Shown: positions 1 to 15,224 of the stretch, one piece after another | Numbering within the stretch: position 1 is the first letter of the stretch | Layout: each line of letters opens with the position of its first letter | Assembly (NCBI RefSeq): GCF_009914755.1 | Contig: NC_060928.1 | Strand: one strand, 5' to 3' | DNA length: 64,000 nt | DNA from: the human T2T-CHM13v2.0 reference genome, Homo sapiens | Program-made: the position numbers and the translations under genes | The notes under the pieces: model-generated | Told to the model about the DNA's origin: nothing | Databases searched by the model: none | The model's input: only the letters and a program-made list of their open reading frames with translations

Positions 1-198
1 GCGGAACTGTACGTCCACACTCAGCAGTCATCGTGGAGGCACCGGCTGGCACAGGGAAGCACTGAGGAACACGTGTCTTCCGGCCCTGGCCTAGAACCTT
101 CTAGCCCTTTCCTCAGCTGGCTCGCTAGCTGGCTACATTTGGACATGCCCTCTGATTTAATCATCTTGGTTTACTTATCTATAAGAATGTTTAGAGTA

Positions 199-501
<303 letters not shown>

Positions 502-628
502 GAATGTTTAGTGTAGATGATTTCAAGTTTCCTTTCACTCAGAGTTTTCTTTGACCAGTTTGTGTCTAAATTATTCTTGCGTAGAGTGAATTACCACCTG
601 ACTTTGTTTTGTTTTTCTCTTCACTTAG

Positions 629-736
629 ATTCTATGGGAAGAAGAAAGGGCTGAGAGGAGACTAACTGCCAGGCAGTCCTTTGTGGACCTGGGATGTGGA
701 AATGGCCTCCTGGTCCACATCCTGAGCAGTGAGGGG
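629..736 (+). CDS. TRMT44: TRMT44 internal coding exon (SAM-binding motif I)
   Basis: Pyrimidine tract + TAG acceptor (AG 627-628), GTAAGG donor at 737; 108 nt, phase 0-0; ILWEEERAERRLTARQSFVDLGCGNGLLVHILSSEG. Confidence 0.95.
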
Positions 737-1101
737 GTAAGGCCCGGCTCCATCACCTTTTCTGGTAACTTGTCCAGAGTTTCCTCAAGTCAGGCACAGG
801 GTTCACTGACATCTTTTTCTGCTGATACAGCCTGGATTTGGAGTCAGCCAGCTATCAGAGTAGGTAGAGACTTATAAATTTCTGTTAATCTGATAAACAA
901 ACAGCTCCTAAAACAAGGGAAACGTGGTGATCTCATTGGACCTAAGAGGAAGTCCCCGGGCCCCGGCATGGACCTATAAAATGACAGGCTTTGGGTAGCA
1001 TGGATGTTTTTTTGCTGTCAGATTTTTCTTTTGAAACCCACCATCTCAAGGAGCTGGAGGGAGATAAAAAGCAAGGCAGGTTCTGCACTTGAGAAGCTTC
1101 A

Positions 1102-1238
1102 GGCCAGGCACGGGGCTCACGCCTGCAATCCTAACACTTGGGTGGCCGAGGCGGGTGGATCACTTGAGCCCGGGAGTTTGAGACCAGCCTGGGCAACATA
1201 GTGAAACCCCATCTCTGCAAAAAAAAGAAAAACAAATA
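1102..1238 (+). mobile_element. Free left Alu monomer (FLAM-like)
   Basis: Single Alu left arm with A-rich tail; direct repeat GAGAAGCTTCAG on both sides. Confidence 0.85.
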
Positions 1239-1432
1239 AGAGAAGCTTCAGTTCTGGCTCGGACGGCCAGTCATGTATACACAGACAACAGTATGGAACA
1301 GTGTGGTGTGTGGTACTGGGTTTTGCCCTTATTTTCTGGATGTTCAGCTGATGCAGTGAAAGCACTCTTGGGCTGAGAGCGGCACCTGCCCAGGTAGCAC
1401 GGTCAGTAGGGGTGGGTGTCTTGTGCCTGGAA

Positions 1433-2374
1433 CTTCCTGCCAGCAACTTATACCCCTCCTGGTGCGTCCAGCGCGTCAGGTGCCATTACCCCATGATATG
1501 ATGGCCAGCTTAGCCACTTCCTGCTAGGGGGCAACAGCTGGAACCTGCAGCCCAATATTGATGGTTCCAAACTGATTATCTTCCTGCTATGCTGTACTGT
1601 ACAGTACTGTACTGATAGGCTGCACATATTTGTCTACACCTGTAAGAGCTTGAAATGGTTGTTACAATGCCCTTTTTCAAGTGTGTTATTAAAGAATGAG
1701 TTTCTAATCATAATACCTATAAGCTGGTTGTGGGGGTGGTAGTGTATCAGGTGGCAGCTTGGTAGCTGGTACCTGGAGACAGCTGGGAGGTGTCTCGTGC
1801 ACCCCTCCTCTTCTGCAGGCTTGGCAGAAATAAGTTTGCCCTATGAGAGCCAATGAGTGTGGCCAAGGTGCAAGAAGAGCCAGCAGCTGACCTTGACTGA
1901 GAGCAGAGAATTGGCTCACGTTCTCAGGTGTGCTCCCTGGGGCACTGGCCCTGGAAATGTTCCCACACTAAAGGCCACTGTGGTCACTCAACTCCATGTC
2001 CCATCTTGAACTCCATGTCCCATCATAATGACCATTAGCGCAGTACACCTTCTTACCTGCCTTGCAGGGGTGTGGGTATCTGTTTTAGACAGCTGAGAAA
2101 TTCTGGTGTCATCCATGAATGCTAATGACACACTTGAAAAAGGGCACTGTAACAACCATTCCAAGCTCTTAGAGGCGTAGGCAAATATGTGCAGGCCATC
2201 AGTACAGTACTGTGCAGTACAGCAGCAAGAAAATCAGCTTGGTACCACCAGACTGGGCTGCAGGTTCCAGCTGTTGCTGCTAGCAGGAAGTGGCTAAGCT
2301 GGCCATCGTATCACAGGGTAATGGCACCTGGTGCGCTGGACACATCAGGATGGGTATGAGTTGCTGGCAGGAAG
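1433..2374. repeat. Long imperfect inverted repeat, arms 1433-1691 and 2123-2374
   Basis: Manual alignment of the left arm to the reverse complement of the right arm: about 27 mismatches and 3 small gaps over ~255 bp; ~430-bp spacer. Confidence 0.95.
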
Positions 2375-2488
2375 CTCTTCTCTTGCCCTTCGTCCTGCTG
2401 GCAGTGCCTGCAGAACTTTAATGTGTTCTTGCTAACTTATTATGAAGTACTAAGGTTAACCTTTGATTTCTAAAATTAATTTTTTCAG

Positions 2489-2560
2489 CATCCAGGCAGA
2501 GGGATTGATGTCCGAAGAAGAAAAATCTGGGACATGTATGGACCACAAACTCAGTTAGAG
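2489..2560 (+). CDS. TRMT44: TRMT44 internal coding exon
   Basis: TTTTTCAG acceptor, GTACCG donor at 2561; 72 nt, phase 0-0; HPGRGIDVRRRKIWDMYGPQTQLE continues the previous exon in frame. Confidence 0.95.
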
Positions 2561-4644
2561 GTACCGTCTTTATTACGCATGCCCTTGATCTCAGCATGGC
2601 TTAGCTCCCAGTGGGAATTGCTGTAATGAATGTGTCTCTTTGTATAGGTCAAGCAGACATGCTGATAGTAAACCTTCACATTAATCTAAGTGCTCTGAAA
2701 TTAGAGAAGAGAAAAAGAGAGATGAAACTAGACTTCACAGAACCTTCTGGTTAAACTGACTGAAGGGCGCTGACCTCCAGGCAGAAGTGCTGTCTCTCCC
2801 TGAGTTTGTTGGTGCCGTTTGTATCTTGTGTGGGGTGCTCCCGTGCAGCCTTGAGGTGGGGGCTGTGCCCCGTGCATTTTGCGAAGTCTTCTCCAAGGCC
2901 TCCCAAAGGCTGCTCGTTCAGTCAGCAAGCAGTTAGTACCCTGCCTGCCAGGACTGCGCCAGGGATGGGGACACCTGCAGATGAGCCACAAAGGGCGGTG
3001 GCTGTGCCAGGGCTGGGATAGAAGGTTTAGAGGGCTGTGGGGACTCAAAGGAGGGGCTTGACCCTACTTGGGGCCTCTGAGAAGGCTTCTTGGAGCACCC
3101 CCATGAGCAAGTGGAGGCAGCCAGGTGCCCAGCACGGAAGCGAGATGCCCCCTGGCGGGATCACCTCCGGGCACACAGATGATGTGTAGGGCAGACTGTG
3201 CAGTCCCACGTAATTTCTCTCATATCTTTGGGCCAGTCCTCTTTACCCTTGACATTTCCCTTTTTTAGGACTTGAAACAGTCTCACTTTTCTTAATGCCC
3301 CTACCCAGAGATAATCACTCTCTTTTATTTAGGGAAATCAATATGTACACATTTACAGTTTTAAAAAATAATATTTGTGACCATGGTGTATACGGAACTT
3401 TGACCCTGGCTGCTTCTGCTCATTTAACATCCCATTCTAGGCATTTTCTGAAGTCTTTGACAATTATTTGCAAGCATGTTGTTAATGGCTGTACAATGTT
3501 CCATTGAATTGTAGGTAACAACAACACAAGTACAGCTGGCCCTTGAACAACACGGGATTGAACTTTGTGGGCCAGTTTTATACAGATTTTTTTCAATAAA
3601 TACATTGGAAAATTTTATTGGAAATTTGCAACAATTTGAAAAAACTGACAGATGAAATGCATAACCTAGAAATATTGAAAAAAATTCAGAAAAAGTTAGA
3701 TATGTCCTGAATGCATTAAATATACGTACATACTAGTCTATTTTACCATTTACAACCATGAAATACATACAAATCTATTATAAGAAGTTAAAATCTATCA
3801 AAACTTACACAAACCCAGACTGTATGTGGTGTCATTCTCTGTCAAGAGAAACGCAAATGTAAAGATGCAGTATTGAATCATAATTGCATGAAACTAACTG
3901 TAGTCCATTCAGTGCTACTGTAAAATTTCCTGGTCACTGCTCGTTCCTACTGCAGTGAGCCCAAGTGTTTCAAGTGCCCAATTAAAATGCTGTGTGACAC
4001 CGATCACCTCTGTGGCACCAGCTCATTCCTCCAGTCAGTTGCATAGCCTAGTGAAACGTGATCTCTGGTATTTTTCAACGTGTTTGGTGCAATACTGTAA
4101 ACCTCGAGTAGCACTGCAGGACCCATACACAATGCCACTGGTGATGCTGGAAGTCTCCCAAGAAGCAGAGAAAAGTTACGGCATTAGAAGAAAAGGCTGA
4201 GTTCCTTGATATGTCTTATAGATTTCAGTCTGCAGCTGCAGTTGCCCACCATTTCAAGATAAATGAATCCAGTGTAAGAACTGTTGTTAAAAAAAAAAAA
4301 AAAAGCAAGAGAGGGAAAGAAATTTGTGAAACTGTCACTGCAGGTACACCAGCAGGCGGGTGTATTCATCTCATATTTAGAATGCAGCTTTGATATGGTT
4401 GCAGGATTGCTACAAGAAAAGCATACATACAGACTCTAATATGATTTGAGAAAAGGTGAAGTCATTATATGACAAAGCAGAAAGAAGGTGAAGGTTCTAA
4501 AGCTGGAGAATTTAATGCCAACAAAAGATGATTTGATAGTTTTAGAAAGTGACTTGGGTTGTAAAAATATCTAGATAACAGGAGGAGTAGCTTTAGCTGA
4601 CCAAGAGGCAGCAGATGAGTTCCCAGATGCCATTAAGAAAATCA

Positions 4645-4815
<171 letters not shown>

Positions 4816-5481
4816 TCATCAAGGAGAAAGGATGTCTGCCTGAACAGGTTTTTAATGCAGATGAAAGTACCCTATTCTGGAAAAAATGCCAAAAAGGAGA
4901 GAAGTAAGCCCCAGAATTTAAGGCAGGAAGGGACAGGCTAGGTCTGCTGTTCTGTGCAAATGGAATCAGATTTATGATCAGGACTGCCCTTATCTGTAAA
5001 GCTGCTAAGCCCAGGTCTTGAAGGGAAAAGAGAAACACCAGCTGCCAGTCACTTGATTGTACAAGAAGGCCTGGGCAGCAAGAACTCTAGTGTTGTTTCA
5101 TCAAGGCTTTGTCTCTGAAGTCAGGAAGTACCTGGTTAGTAAGGGACTACCTTTTAAAGTTCTGTTGATATTGGACAATGCTCCTGGCCACCCAGAACCT
5201 CTTGAGTTAACACCAATGGTGTTGATGTGGTCTGCTTGACCCCAAACACAGCTTCTCTTTTCAGCCTCTAGATCAGAGAGTTACAAGGACCTTTAAGCCT
5301 CATTATGCACAGTATTCAATGGAAAGGATTGGATGCTGTGGAAGAGAACTACAAGAGAGAATATCATGAAAATCCTGCAAGGATTTTACCATTGAAGACA
5401 CCGTCATTGCTACAGAAAAGGCCATGAAAGCTACCGAGCCTGAAACAAATTCCCGCCAGAGAAAATAGTGTCCAGATGTTG

Positions 5482-5672
5482 GCCTGACTTCACAGGATTT
5501 ATAGCAGAGCCAGTCAAGGAAATCATGAAAGAGTTGTGGATATGGCAAAGGTGGGCGATGAAGGGTGGAAGTGTCATGCCTGACTTCACAGGATTTACAA
5601 CAGAGCCAGTCAAGGAAATCATGAAAGAGACTGTGGATATAGCAAACAAAGGCAGGAGATGAAGGGTGCAAG
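5482..5672 (+). repeat. ~96-bp tandem duplication inside the Tigger2 transposase region
   Basis: GCCTGACTTCACAGGATTTA...GTCAAGGAAATCATGAAAGAG at 5482 and 5578. Confidence 0.9.
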
Positions 5673-6146
5673 ATACGGATCTTGAGAAATTCAAGAGCTA
5701 ATAGACTCCACTCCAGAGGAATTAACTACAGACGACCTGATGGAGATGAGTGCTGCCAACCCAGCGCCAGATGATGAGGAAGAATATGTAAAAGAGACAG
5801 TGCCAGAAAGCAAATTAACAGACAGTGTGGCAGAAGGGCCCTGATTATTCCAGACTGCATTTGACTTCTTTTATGCCATAGACTCTTCTGCGATATGCAC
5901 TGAAACTAAAGGAAATGATGGAAGAAGGATTGGCACTGATAGAAACGTTTTTAGAGAAACTAAAAAGTAAAGCAGACAGAAATTATGATGTATTTCATGA
6001 AGTTACACTGAATGTGCCTGCCTCTCCTGCCTCCCTTCCACCTCCTCCATGTCTTCCACACCTGAGACAGCAAGACCCGTCCCTTCTCTTCCTTCTCCTC
6101 CTCAGCCTGCTCAGTGTGAAGAGGATGGGGATGAAGATCTTTGTGA

Positions 6147-6500
<354 letters not shown>

Positions 6501-6662
6501 ACGATTTTCTTAATAACATTTTCTCTAGCTTTATTTTAAGGATATAGTATATAATACACAAAATGTGTTTTAATCGACTTTTATGTTTATATTATTGATA
6601 AGTCTTCTGGTCAACAATAGGCTATGAGTAGTCAGTTTTGGGGGAGTCAGAAGTTATACATG

Positions 6663-6953
6663 GGCCAGGTACAGTGGCTCACACCAGCAATCCTAGCTCT
6701 TTGGGAGGCCAAGGCATGAGGATCACTTGAGTCCAGGAGTGCGAGACCAGCCAGGGCAACGTGGCAAAATCCCATCTCTACTAAAAAAAAAAAAAAAATT
6801 AGCTGGACATGGTGGCATGCACCTGTAGTCCCAGCTACGCGGGAGGCTGAGGTTGGGGGATCACCTGAGTTTGGGAGGTTGAGACTGCGGTGAGCCAAGA
6901 TTGTGCCACTGCACACCAGCCTGGGCGACGCAAGTGAGACTCTGTCTCCAAAA
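6663..6953 (+). mobile_element. Alu (AluJ-like) in Tigger2
   Basis: Alu dimer; direct repeat AAGTTATACAT on both sides. Confidence 0.9.
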
Positions 6954-7099
6954 GTTATACATAGATTCTTAACTGCATCTGTAGGGGTTCAGAACCCCCA
7001 ACCCCCACTTTGTTCAAGGGCCAGCTGTATAGTAATAAAAACTGACAGTCATCCAGTGCTGTGTGTGGATGCCTTTCTAAAGGTAAATGTATTTTATGT

Positions 7100-7255
7100 A
7101 CAGTAACTTACCATAATCCGCACAACAGCACTGGGAGGTTGATTCTCTTATTATCCCCATTTTACAGGCGAGGAAACCGAGGTACCCTTGGGGAGGTTAG
7201 GTCAGCCATGTGTACGGCAAGCGGTGAAGGCAGAATTATTTACTCAGCTCTTCTG
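7100..7255 (-). mobile_element. MIR fragment
   Basis: Core TTATCCCCATTTTACAGGCGAGGAAACCGAGG. Confidence 0.7.
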
Positions 7256-8310
7256 TTCTTGACCATCTGTTTTCAGATTACAAATTACACTACATAAATC
7301 TTTGTGTGTAAATCATAGTCCACTTAAAAAATATTTTTCCTACCTGGACTTTAAAGATTTTCAATACATATTGCCATAATGCTTTTCGAAAAGGTCCTAC
7401 TTCAGATATGCTTCATTTCAGCAAGAATTCTGAGCACTACAAGAGATGCATCCAATGGGAGAAAAAACAGCTGTACACATTTATCACATATTTGAGTGTC
7501 CCCTACCTGCCGGGCACTCTTAGGTGCTGACGATTCAACAGTGACAAGAGCCCCTGCCTTTATGGTCATGGGAAGGGGTGGGAGGCAGACACACAGCCAG
7601 TGTGTGCAGCAGGTTCGAGGGTGGTGGCAGGTGCTGAGGAGGAGGCTGGGGGTGTTGTGTAGTGGCCGCCGCTGGAGAAGAGAACAGAACAGAGGCTGGG
7701 CCAGGGTGGGCTACAGACATCAAGACACCCGGGGGTCTGGGCCTGACAGCACATCTATTCCACGCTGTCAGCCAGCCCTGGGCACTAGAGCCATGTGACC
7801 GTGGGGTTAAAGTGCACTCAGATCAGTCAGATCTTGGTCAAGAGTAGCTTGCTTCTCCTGGTACTGAGGACAGAGAAAATGACTCCCTAATGGGAAAAAA
7901 GTCATGAGTAGCCCTCAGGAGCCGTCCTAGGACAGGTTATAGTATAGTGGCTCTGTGGGCGTGGCCTCACTTTCCCAGGGTGGTGTGGGAGTGGCCTCTC
8001 CCTCTGGGTGTGACTGGGTCACAGAGCCTCATCTGCCAGAGGGCAGAATGTTGTTTTATGAGATGAAAAAATGTTGACTTTTCATCATGGAGAATGTCAG
8101 GAATATACAAAAGTAGAGAGAGGAATGTAGGTACTCCATGCAGTCACCCAGCCAGCTGCAAGGATTATTCTTTTCTCTATCACTTACCCTCAAGCAGCTC
8201 CCACTGTTATTTTGAAACAAATCTCAGGCATATCATTTCATAGAAATAGAAAATCAAAAATAAGTAGAAAAATATTCCAAAACTATTTTTATGTTTTCTG
8301 TTGGCCTCAC

Positions 8311-8892
<582 letters not shown>

Positions 8893-9874
8893 AGGGTGCT
8901 TACTCTTTGCTTGTACATTTACTCTTTGCTTTGTTTTACAGTGATTGGCAGTTGCTTGTCCACTCATACATTACATTAGGAAATGTTTTCAAAACCTCAG
9001 GTTTGAGGAATGTTGGTAATCTAGCCAGTGCACTCGGGAGGCTCTGCAAATATGTGTGTAGACTATAGACTCTCACACATGTCCCAGAATCGGGCTCTAA
9101 ACTTGGCTATGAAGTTAATGATCAAAGCTAAAGCAGTAGTGGTGTGGTTGATTTCAAAATTCCATGTGTCCCCAGGTGAAAAAGCACCTTTGGGTAGGAA
9201 ATTCAAGCAGCAGTGAGTAGGCCATCTGTGTAAGCCCAGACCCTAGGGAAGAGCTGGCTGCTGAGGGTGCCCCTTGGAGAACGGGCGGAGGCTCTAGTTC
9301 TTTAGCTGAGGTTTCCCAGCAGCCTGCATCAGACTTTTCTGTAGGGTCATCTGACCTGGGGAAGACCCTACCCCGAGCACTTAGTCAGGAAAGGCCTGCT
9401 GTTGAGAGTTCTGTATTCTAATCAAGTGTGTAGGTTTTTTCCTTGTTACCTCCCAACCTTCAGTCTCGGTGCTAAAATAGCCATGTTTATTCTAGTGTTA
9501 AATAAATGCCAGGAGTTCTGTCATGCTTTCTGCCTTGGAGGAGCATGGCCAGAATGAGGGTGGTTCCGTTGACGTGCACATGGTGTTTGTGGATTTTCTA
9601 GTGAATGATTTCCTTCCAGCTGCAGTTGAGTGGTTTCCACGAACAGGTACAATCTAGAAAGTCAAAGGCCAGGCGTAGAATATAACTTTTTTTCTTTCTT
9701 TCAAAAACCTCATTTGATTGCAAGCAAGAGAGTGTTAAAAAACTAAAAACAAAACACCTGTTTATAACAACAGCCTGGTGGTGATCACAAATTGTCTTAA
9801 TTGTGTGAACCTGTATATGAAACAGGAATATTGGAATTTGCTGTGTTCAAAATGCCAGTGAAAAGTTCATAAAA

Positions 9875-10513
<639 letters not shown>

Positions 10514-11729
10514 CTAGTGCTGTTGGCAAGATAATATAAAATATGATTATGGTCTTTACTAAATGTCAGTTATGCTTTAATTTATTCACGCCATTTAAAG
10601 AGACAGATGGGCAAACTTAAATCTAGAATGAGTGGGAATCAAGAATAAATAGTCCCAAAGGTTTGATATTTCTGTAGATCATACGTATACCCTTGAACAA
10701 TACTATTTTCAGTATTTTAACATCTATGTAAGTAGAAGCACATATGCTTATTGAAGAACCAGAGAGAGACAGAATTTCAGTTTTAGTTTTTTACTTACCA
10801 TGTCTGTAAAACATTCTTGTGTTATAGTTTTGCTGTTAGAAAGAATAGCCTTGAAGAGTGAGTGTTCTCAGAATGTCTTCCCCATTATGATCAGGGAATA
10901 ACTTCTGTTCACTTATCTTGGGGACTCATCCTACCACTGGAAAATTAAGAAGATTTTCAATGGTTGTGTGGTCTCTCTTCCCCCTCTCTCTTTCCAGTTT
11001 TTACTGACAGAATTGCTATTGAAACTGTTGATTTCAGTAATTAGTGATGGCCTGCTGATTATCAGAAAGGGTAGGGTGCCTATTTAAAGTTCTTAAATCA
11101 TAAAAGCAAGCTGTCCTCAGCTTAACTGCAGAATTTGTCAGAATGGTTAGAGTGCCTATTCAGGGGGATCTTAATCACTTTCTGACAGTTTACAAAAGGT
11201 AATAGTCTAATGGTAAAGAATTTCGTGTATTTACATATGTAAATTCTCTGTCTATTCATAGACTTGGTTTCCTAGATTGAAAGGCCTGTGAGGTTAGACC
11301 CCTGTGTTGTATTACGCCCTTAAATCACCTTCAGACCTCTCTGCCTTCCATTCACTTCCTCCGAAGCCATTGCTTGCTCCCATGCTCTGCCAGAGGTGAA
11401 ACCGTTCCGTGGCCGTCTCTCCTGGAGCTCCTTCTTATGCCTGTGGAAAAATCAGCTTTTAAATGATCCAAAGGCGATTAGCACTCAGAAAAGTGCTGTT
11501 AGTTTCTCCGGTGATTTCCCTAAAAGTTGCCAGCATTTCTTGCCCTCTAGGCAGACCTAGGGAGGATACATTGACTTCCCCGCTCTTCCCCGCTCTTGGT
11601 CATGCAGCAGGTGAACTGCGGCTCTGCGCTGTGTGACTCCAGAGCCTGTACCCTCCCGCCATGTCCTGCCCACGCAGTAGCTCTACAATGATTCACAAAA
11701 CATTTCGTCTTGTTTTGTTATTCCTTTAG

Positions 11730-11836
11730 GAAGATGCAATCACACCCAATGATAAGACCCTTTTCCCTGATGTTGATTGGTTAATCGGTAACCATTCTGA
11801 TGAACTCACACCATGGATACCTGTCATTGCAGCCAG
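11730..11836 (+). CDS. TRMT44: TRMT44 internal coding exon
   Basis: TTCCTTTAG acceptor, GTGAGA donor at 11837; 107 nt; EDAITPNDKTLFPDVDWLIGNHSDELTPWIPVIAAR (Trm44-family GNHxDELTPW motif). Confidence 0.95.
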
Positions 11837-11891
11837 GTGAGAAGTAGAGGAGTTATCAGGTGAATGGCTGGGGAATGCTTCATCTTCTAAA

Positions 11892-12104
11892 CAGTGGTGT
11901 CCAAAAGGGTAGCCACTAGCTGCGTGCAGTTGTCAAGCACTTGAAATGTGGGTAGTTCCAATTGTTGAAATGTTTGCTTATTGCCTGTATTGGGTTAAAT
12001 TTAAAATAAATTCCACCTGTTTTATTTTACCTTTTAAAATATGACTACTGGAAAATATAAAATTACTGAGATTGTTCACATTATATCTCTGTTGGCCAGC
12101 ACTG
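11892..12104. mobile_element. MER3/MER33-like hAT-Charlie MITE
   Basis: Imperfect terminal inverted repeats CAGTGGTGTCCAA ... TTGGCCAGCACTG; internal AAGCACTTGAAATGTGG typical of this family. Confidence 0.65.
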
Positions 12105-12614
12105 ATTGGCACTGTGATTACTTCTACGGTATTTATATCCGGTGTCAAAAGAGGTGTCCTTTTTGGAAGTTTTTTTCTGAAAACATGAGGCTTTGCCTTT
12201 AAAGGGGAAATCTACCCATCGATAGACCCTCTGCAGCCACAGTTGCCTCCGCACGGGGAGCTGTGTGTGTCCGAGAGACTTGGTCACGAAGCAGGTTGTG
12301 CTGCTCCTCGTTGACGTTTCGTTGCTGAGTCTCCTTATCTCAGATTCTTCTGAGCTGTTTTCATTCTCAAGGAGTAACTAGGTGAAAGATCAGGTCTTCG
12401 CTCAGGCTTCGTTGTGCTTCCCTTTAACCGTTCCTATTAAAAGCTGACGTCTTAAAGTACTTCAAGAAGTTTCAGATGACCCTTGATAACAGGAACTGTG
12501 GAAAAAATCATTTTTATAAAAGTAATTAGATTCTATTGAAAAGATATACTATGTTGCTTTATTTCTAGAAATTAACTTGGGGAAGGCTGTAATTCATCTT
12601 TTAATATGAAAAAC

Positions 12615-12970
12615 AATATTACACAGCCACAAAGAAAAGGAAATCATGTCCTTTGCAGCAACATGGGGTGCAGCTGGAGGCCATTATCCTCAGTAAACTA
12701 TTGCAGAAACCAAAAACGAAATGCCGCATGTTCTCACTGATAAGTGGGAGCTAAACATTGAGTACACAGGGACATCAAGATGGCAGCAGTAGACACTGGG
12801 GACTGCTGGAGTGGGGAGTGAGGGAGAGGGCAGAGTTTGAAAAACCCCCTGGTAGTTACTATGCTCACTGCTTGGGTCATGGGATCTGTCTTACCCCAAA
12901 CCTCAGCATCTTGCAGTACACCCATGCCACAAACCTGCACACATACCCCCTGAAGCTGAAATAAAAGTGG
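12615..12970 (+). mobile_element. L1 3' end (L1PB/older L1PA-like)
   Basis: ATCATGTCCTTTGCAGCAACATGG, CATGTTCTCACT..TAAGTGGGAGCTAAAC, AAACCTGCACA.., AATAAA at 12960. Confidence 0.9.
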
Positions 12971-13122
12971 ACATTATATGCAACAAAAAGAAACAATATT
13001 GGCCAGGAACATCACTTCCCTATTTTGCCCTGATATGCGATTGCCGTGTGGCTTTGTTCCGAATTTCCTTGACTGCGTCTGCTCAGGATGCTTGACCCTG
13101 TGGTTGTTGGTTCTTTTTGAAG

Positions 13123-13306
13123 GTCTTCCTACAATTGCCGCTTCTTTGTCCTCCCCTGCTGCTTCTTTGACTTCATTGGAAGATACTCCCGGAGGCAGAG
13201 TAAGAAGACTCAGTACCGGGAATACCTTGACTTCATTAAAGAAGTGGGCTTCACCTGTGGGTTTCACGTGGACGAAGACTGCCTCAGGATTCCTTCAACC
13301 AAAAGA
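13123..13306 (+). CDS. TRMT44: TRMT44 internal coding exon
   Basis: TTTTTGAAG acceptor, GTATGT donor at 13307; 184 nt, phase 2-0; SSYNCRFFVLPCCFFDFIGRY...EDCLRIPSTKR. Confidence 0.95.
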
Positions 13307-15224
13307 GTATGTCTGATTCTCATGTTGTTCTAGGCGGTGTGTCGGTGTTCAGATGGAGAGCTCAGGGCTCTGCCACAGAGCCATGAACCATGCTGTAACG
13401 TTCAAAATGTTCTAGAACGTGCCGGTGCTGATTTCTGTGCCTCTGTCACTGATGAGGCCCAGAGGCTTGTTCTGTCCCATGGTGCCCTCCTTAAAGGCAC
13501 CCGGTGCTCCCTCCTCCAGGCCTGCAGGAGTCCTCGCCAAGCCCTCCTTGCCTCTCCAGAAGCTCTGAGTGGCCCCAGGGGACCTGCCCAGAGGAGGCCT
13601 CAGTGTGGCCTGTGGCTGACCTCCCTGTGGAAAGTTCCTGCTCCTTCAAGTCGCAGATAATTGGCTGCGATTGAAGTGTGTTTCAGAAGTTCACAGTGAT
13701 TTCCCATTTTCTCATTAAAGGCCTAGTTCATTCAGATTCACCTGAAATGTCATTTGGGCAGAAGTTGGCCCGGGGGCTTTCTGTAAGCAGTGGGACTGTG
13801 CCTCTGACCTTTGTGTGGACAGGGCAGACTTATGCCCTCTTGCCGCTCCAAAGGCTTGACCTTTTGAAAGTACCGTGGAAGTGTTTACAGCAGCTCACCT
13901 ATGTCTCTGGTAACTTTATTTGACAAGACTGTGGCTGGCAGACAGTGTGCTTTTAAAAAATAACCCCGTCGTGTCCAGGCCACAGAATTTGATGGCTGCC
14001 TTAGCAAGAAAGGGCCCAGCTGATCTGAGTGAAGCCTCGGCTCTGCTGCTGCCCGTGGTGCACTCGGGCTGATCGCGGAGCTCCGCTAAGCCTGTCCTCA
14101 CCTGTGAGACCAGGAGGAGGCTGCCCGGGTCTCTGTGGGGGCTGGACAGGATGATGTCTTCAGAGCCCACAGCGGGGAGGGCATGTTGTGGGCACTCGCT
14201 GGCCGGCTGCCGTCATAGCCGTGCACCAGGAGCAGCGTTGGCTTGTGGCACAGGCCTCAGGGCCGCTGGCGCTGTCACTGCCCTGCTACCGTGGGAAGTT
14301 ACCTTAGGACTCGCTGCTGAACCGTCCCGTCATCCTCTGTGTCCTCTGTTTTTGGCAAGTCTTGGTCTTCTGAGTTCAGAATTGATTTGGGGAAACTGCT
14401 AAAGTTTGGGTCCTCTAGGCGGGTCCGAGGAGCCCGTGGCTTTGATTTTTGCACTTGCTTCTCCATTACTAATTGGTAGAGACCGTGGACTGTCGCTTCA
14501 TCTCTCTGAGCTTCAGTTTTCTTATCACTGGCAGGTTTGGGGATCGAATGTAAGAGTGGATGTGAACGTGCTTTGTCATTTTTAAAGCAGTTCACACACA
14601 GCACATGTCTGGTGGGGACTGGGTGTGTGACAGGCACTGAGAATTTAAAATCCCGCTGGAAGAGCTGGGGAGCAGAGGTGTGGCTGTCACGTAGTGAGGA
14701 GGTCGGCTTCCTTATCACCCGCGCCTGGCCTTGTAGTTGATGCCTGGAGAGGAAGCCCAGAAATGAGGTGCCCTTGCTGGGGCTGGGCAGGGCCTGGTTG
14801 TCCGGAGGGGACTGTCTGAAGGGCACCCTCCATCGGGGTGTGCGGCAAAGGGAGGCAAGCACGCATGGAGCACCTCTATGGCTCCAGGCCCTCTGCGCAG
14901 CCCCCGTATGCACTCGCTGGCTCTGGCAAGGTGGGGACAAAGCTGCCTCCCTTCCCAGCCCCTGGGGCACTCTGCAACTCTGCAGCGTTACCATCAGCAT
15001 GTGCCCCCGCCGGGCGGCCGAGGGGTGGAATGAGGGGCGGCAGCGGGAAACTAGGACGGTGCGGCTGCCGGGCCCAGGAGTGTGGACTCTTGAGTTTAGG
15101 CGCCTTTGTTAGATCTTGTGAAGGTCCAAGATCTAACAATGATGAGAGGGAACCATGGGCTCTTACTGTTTTTTTAATTTTTAAGTTACTTATATTGGTG
15201 TCAGTTTTTATTTTGTATTTATTT

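Noticed and set aside
1990-2024. AACTCCATGTCCCATC direct repeat in the hairpin spacer
   Set aside because: 19-bp tandem duplication with no inserted element between the copies
14299-15000. 233-aa antisense ORF in a TRMT44 intron
   Set aside because: Runs through MIR-like sequence; no domain signal
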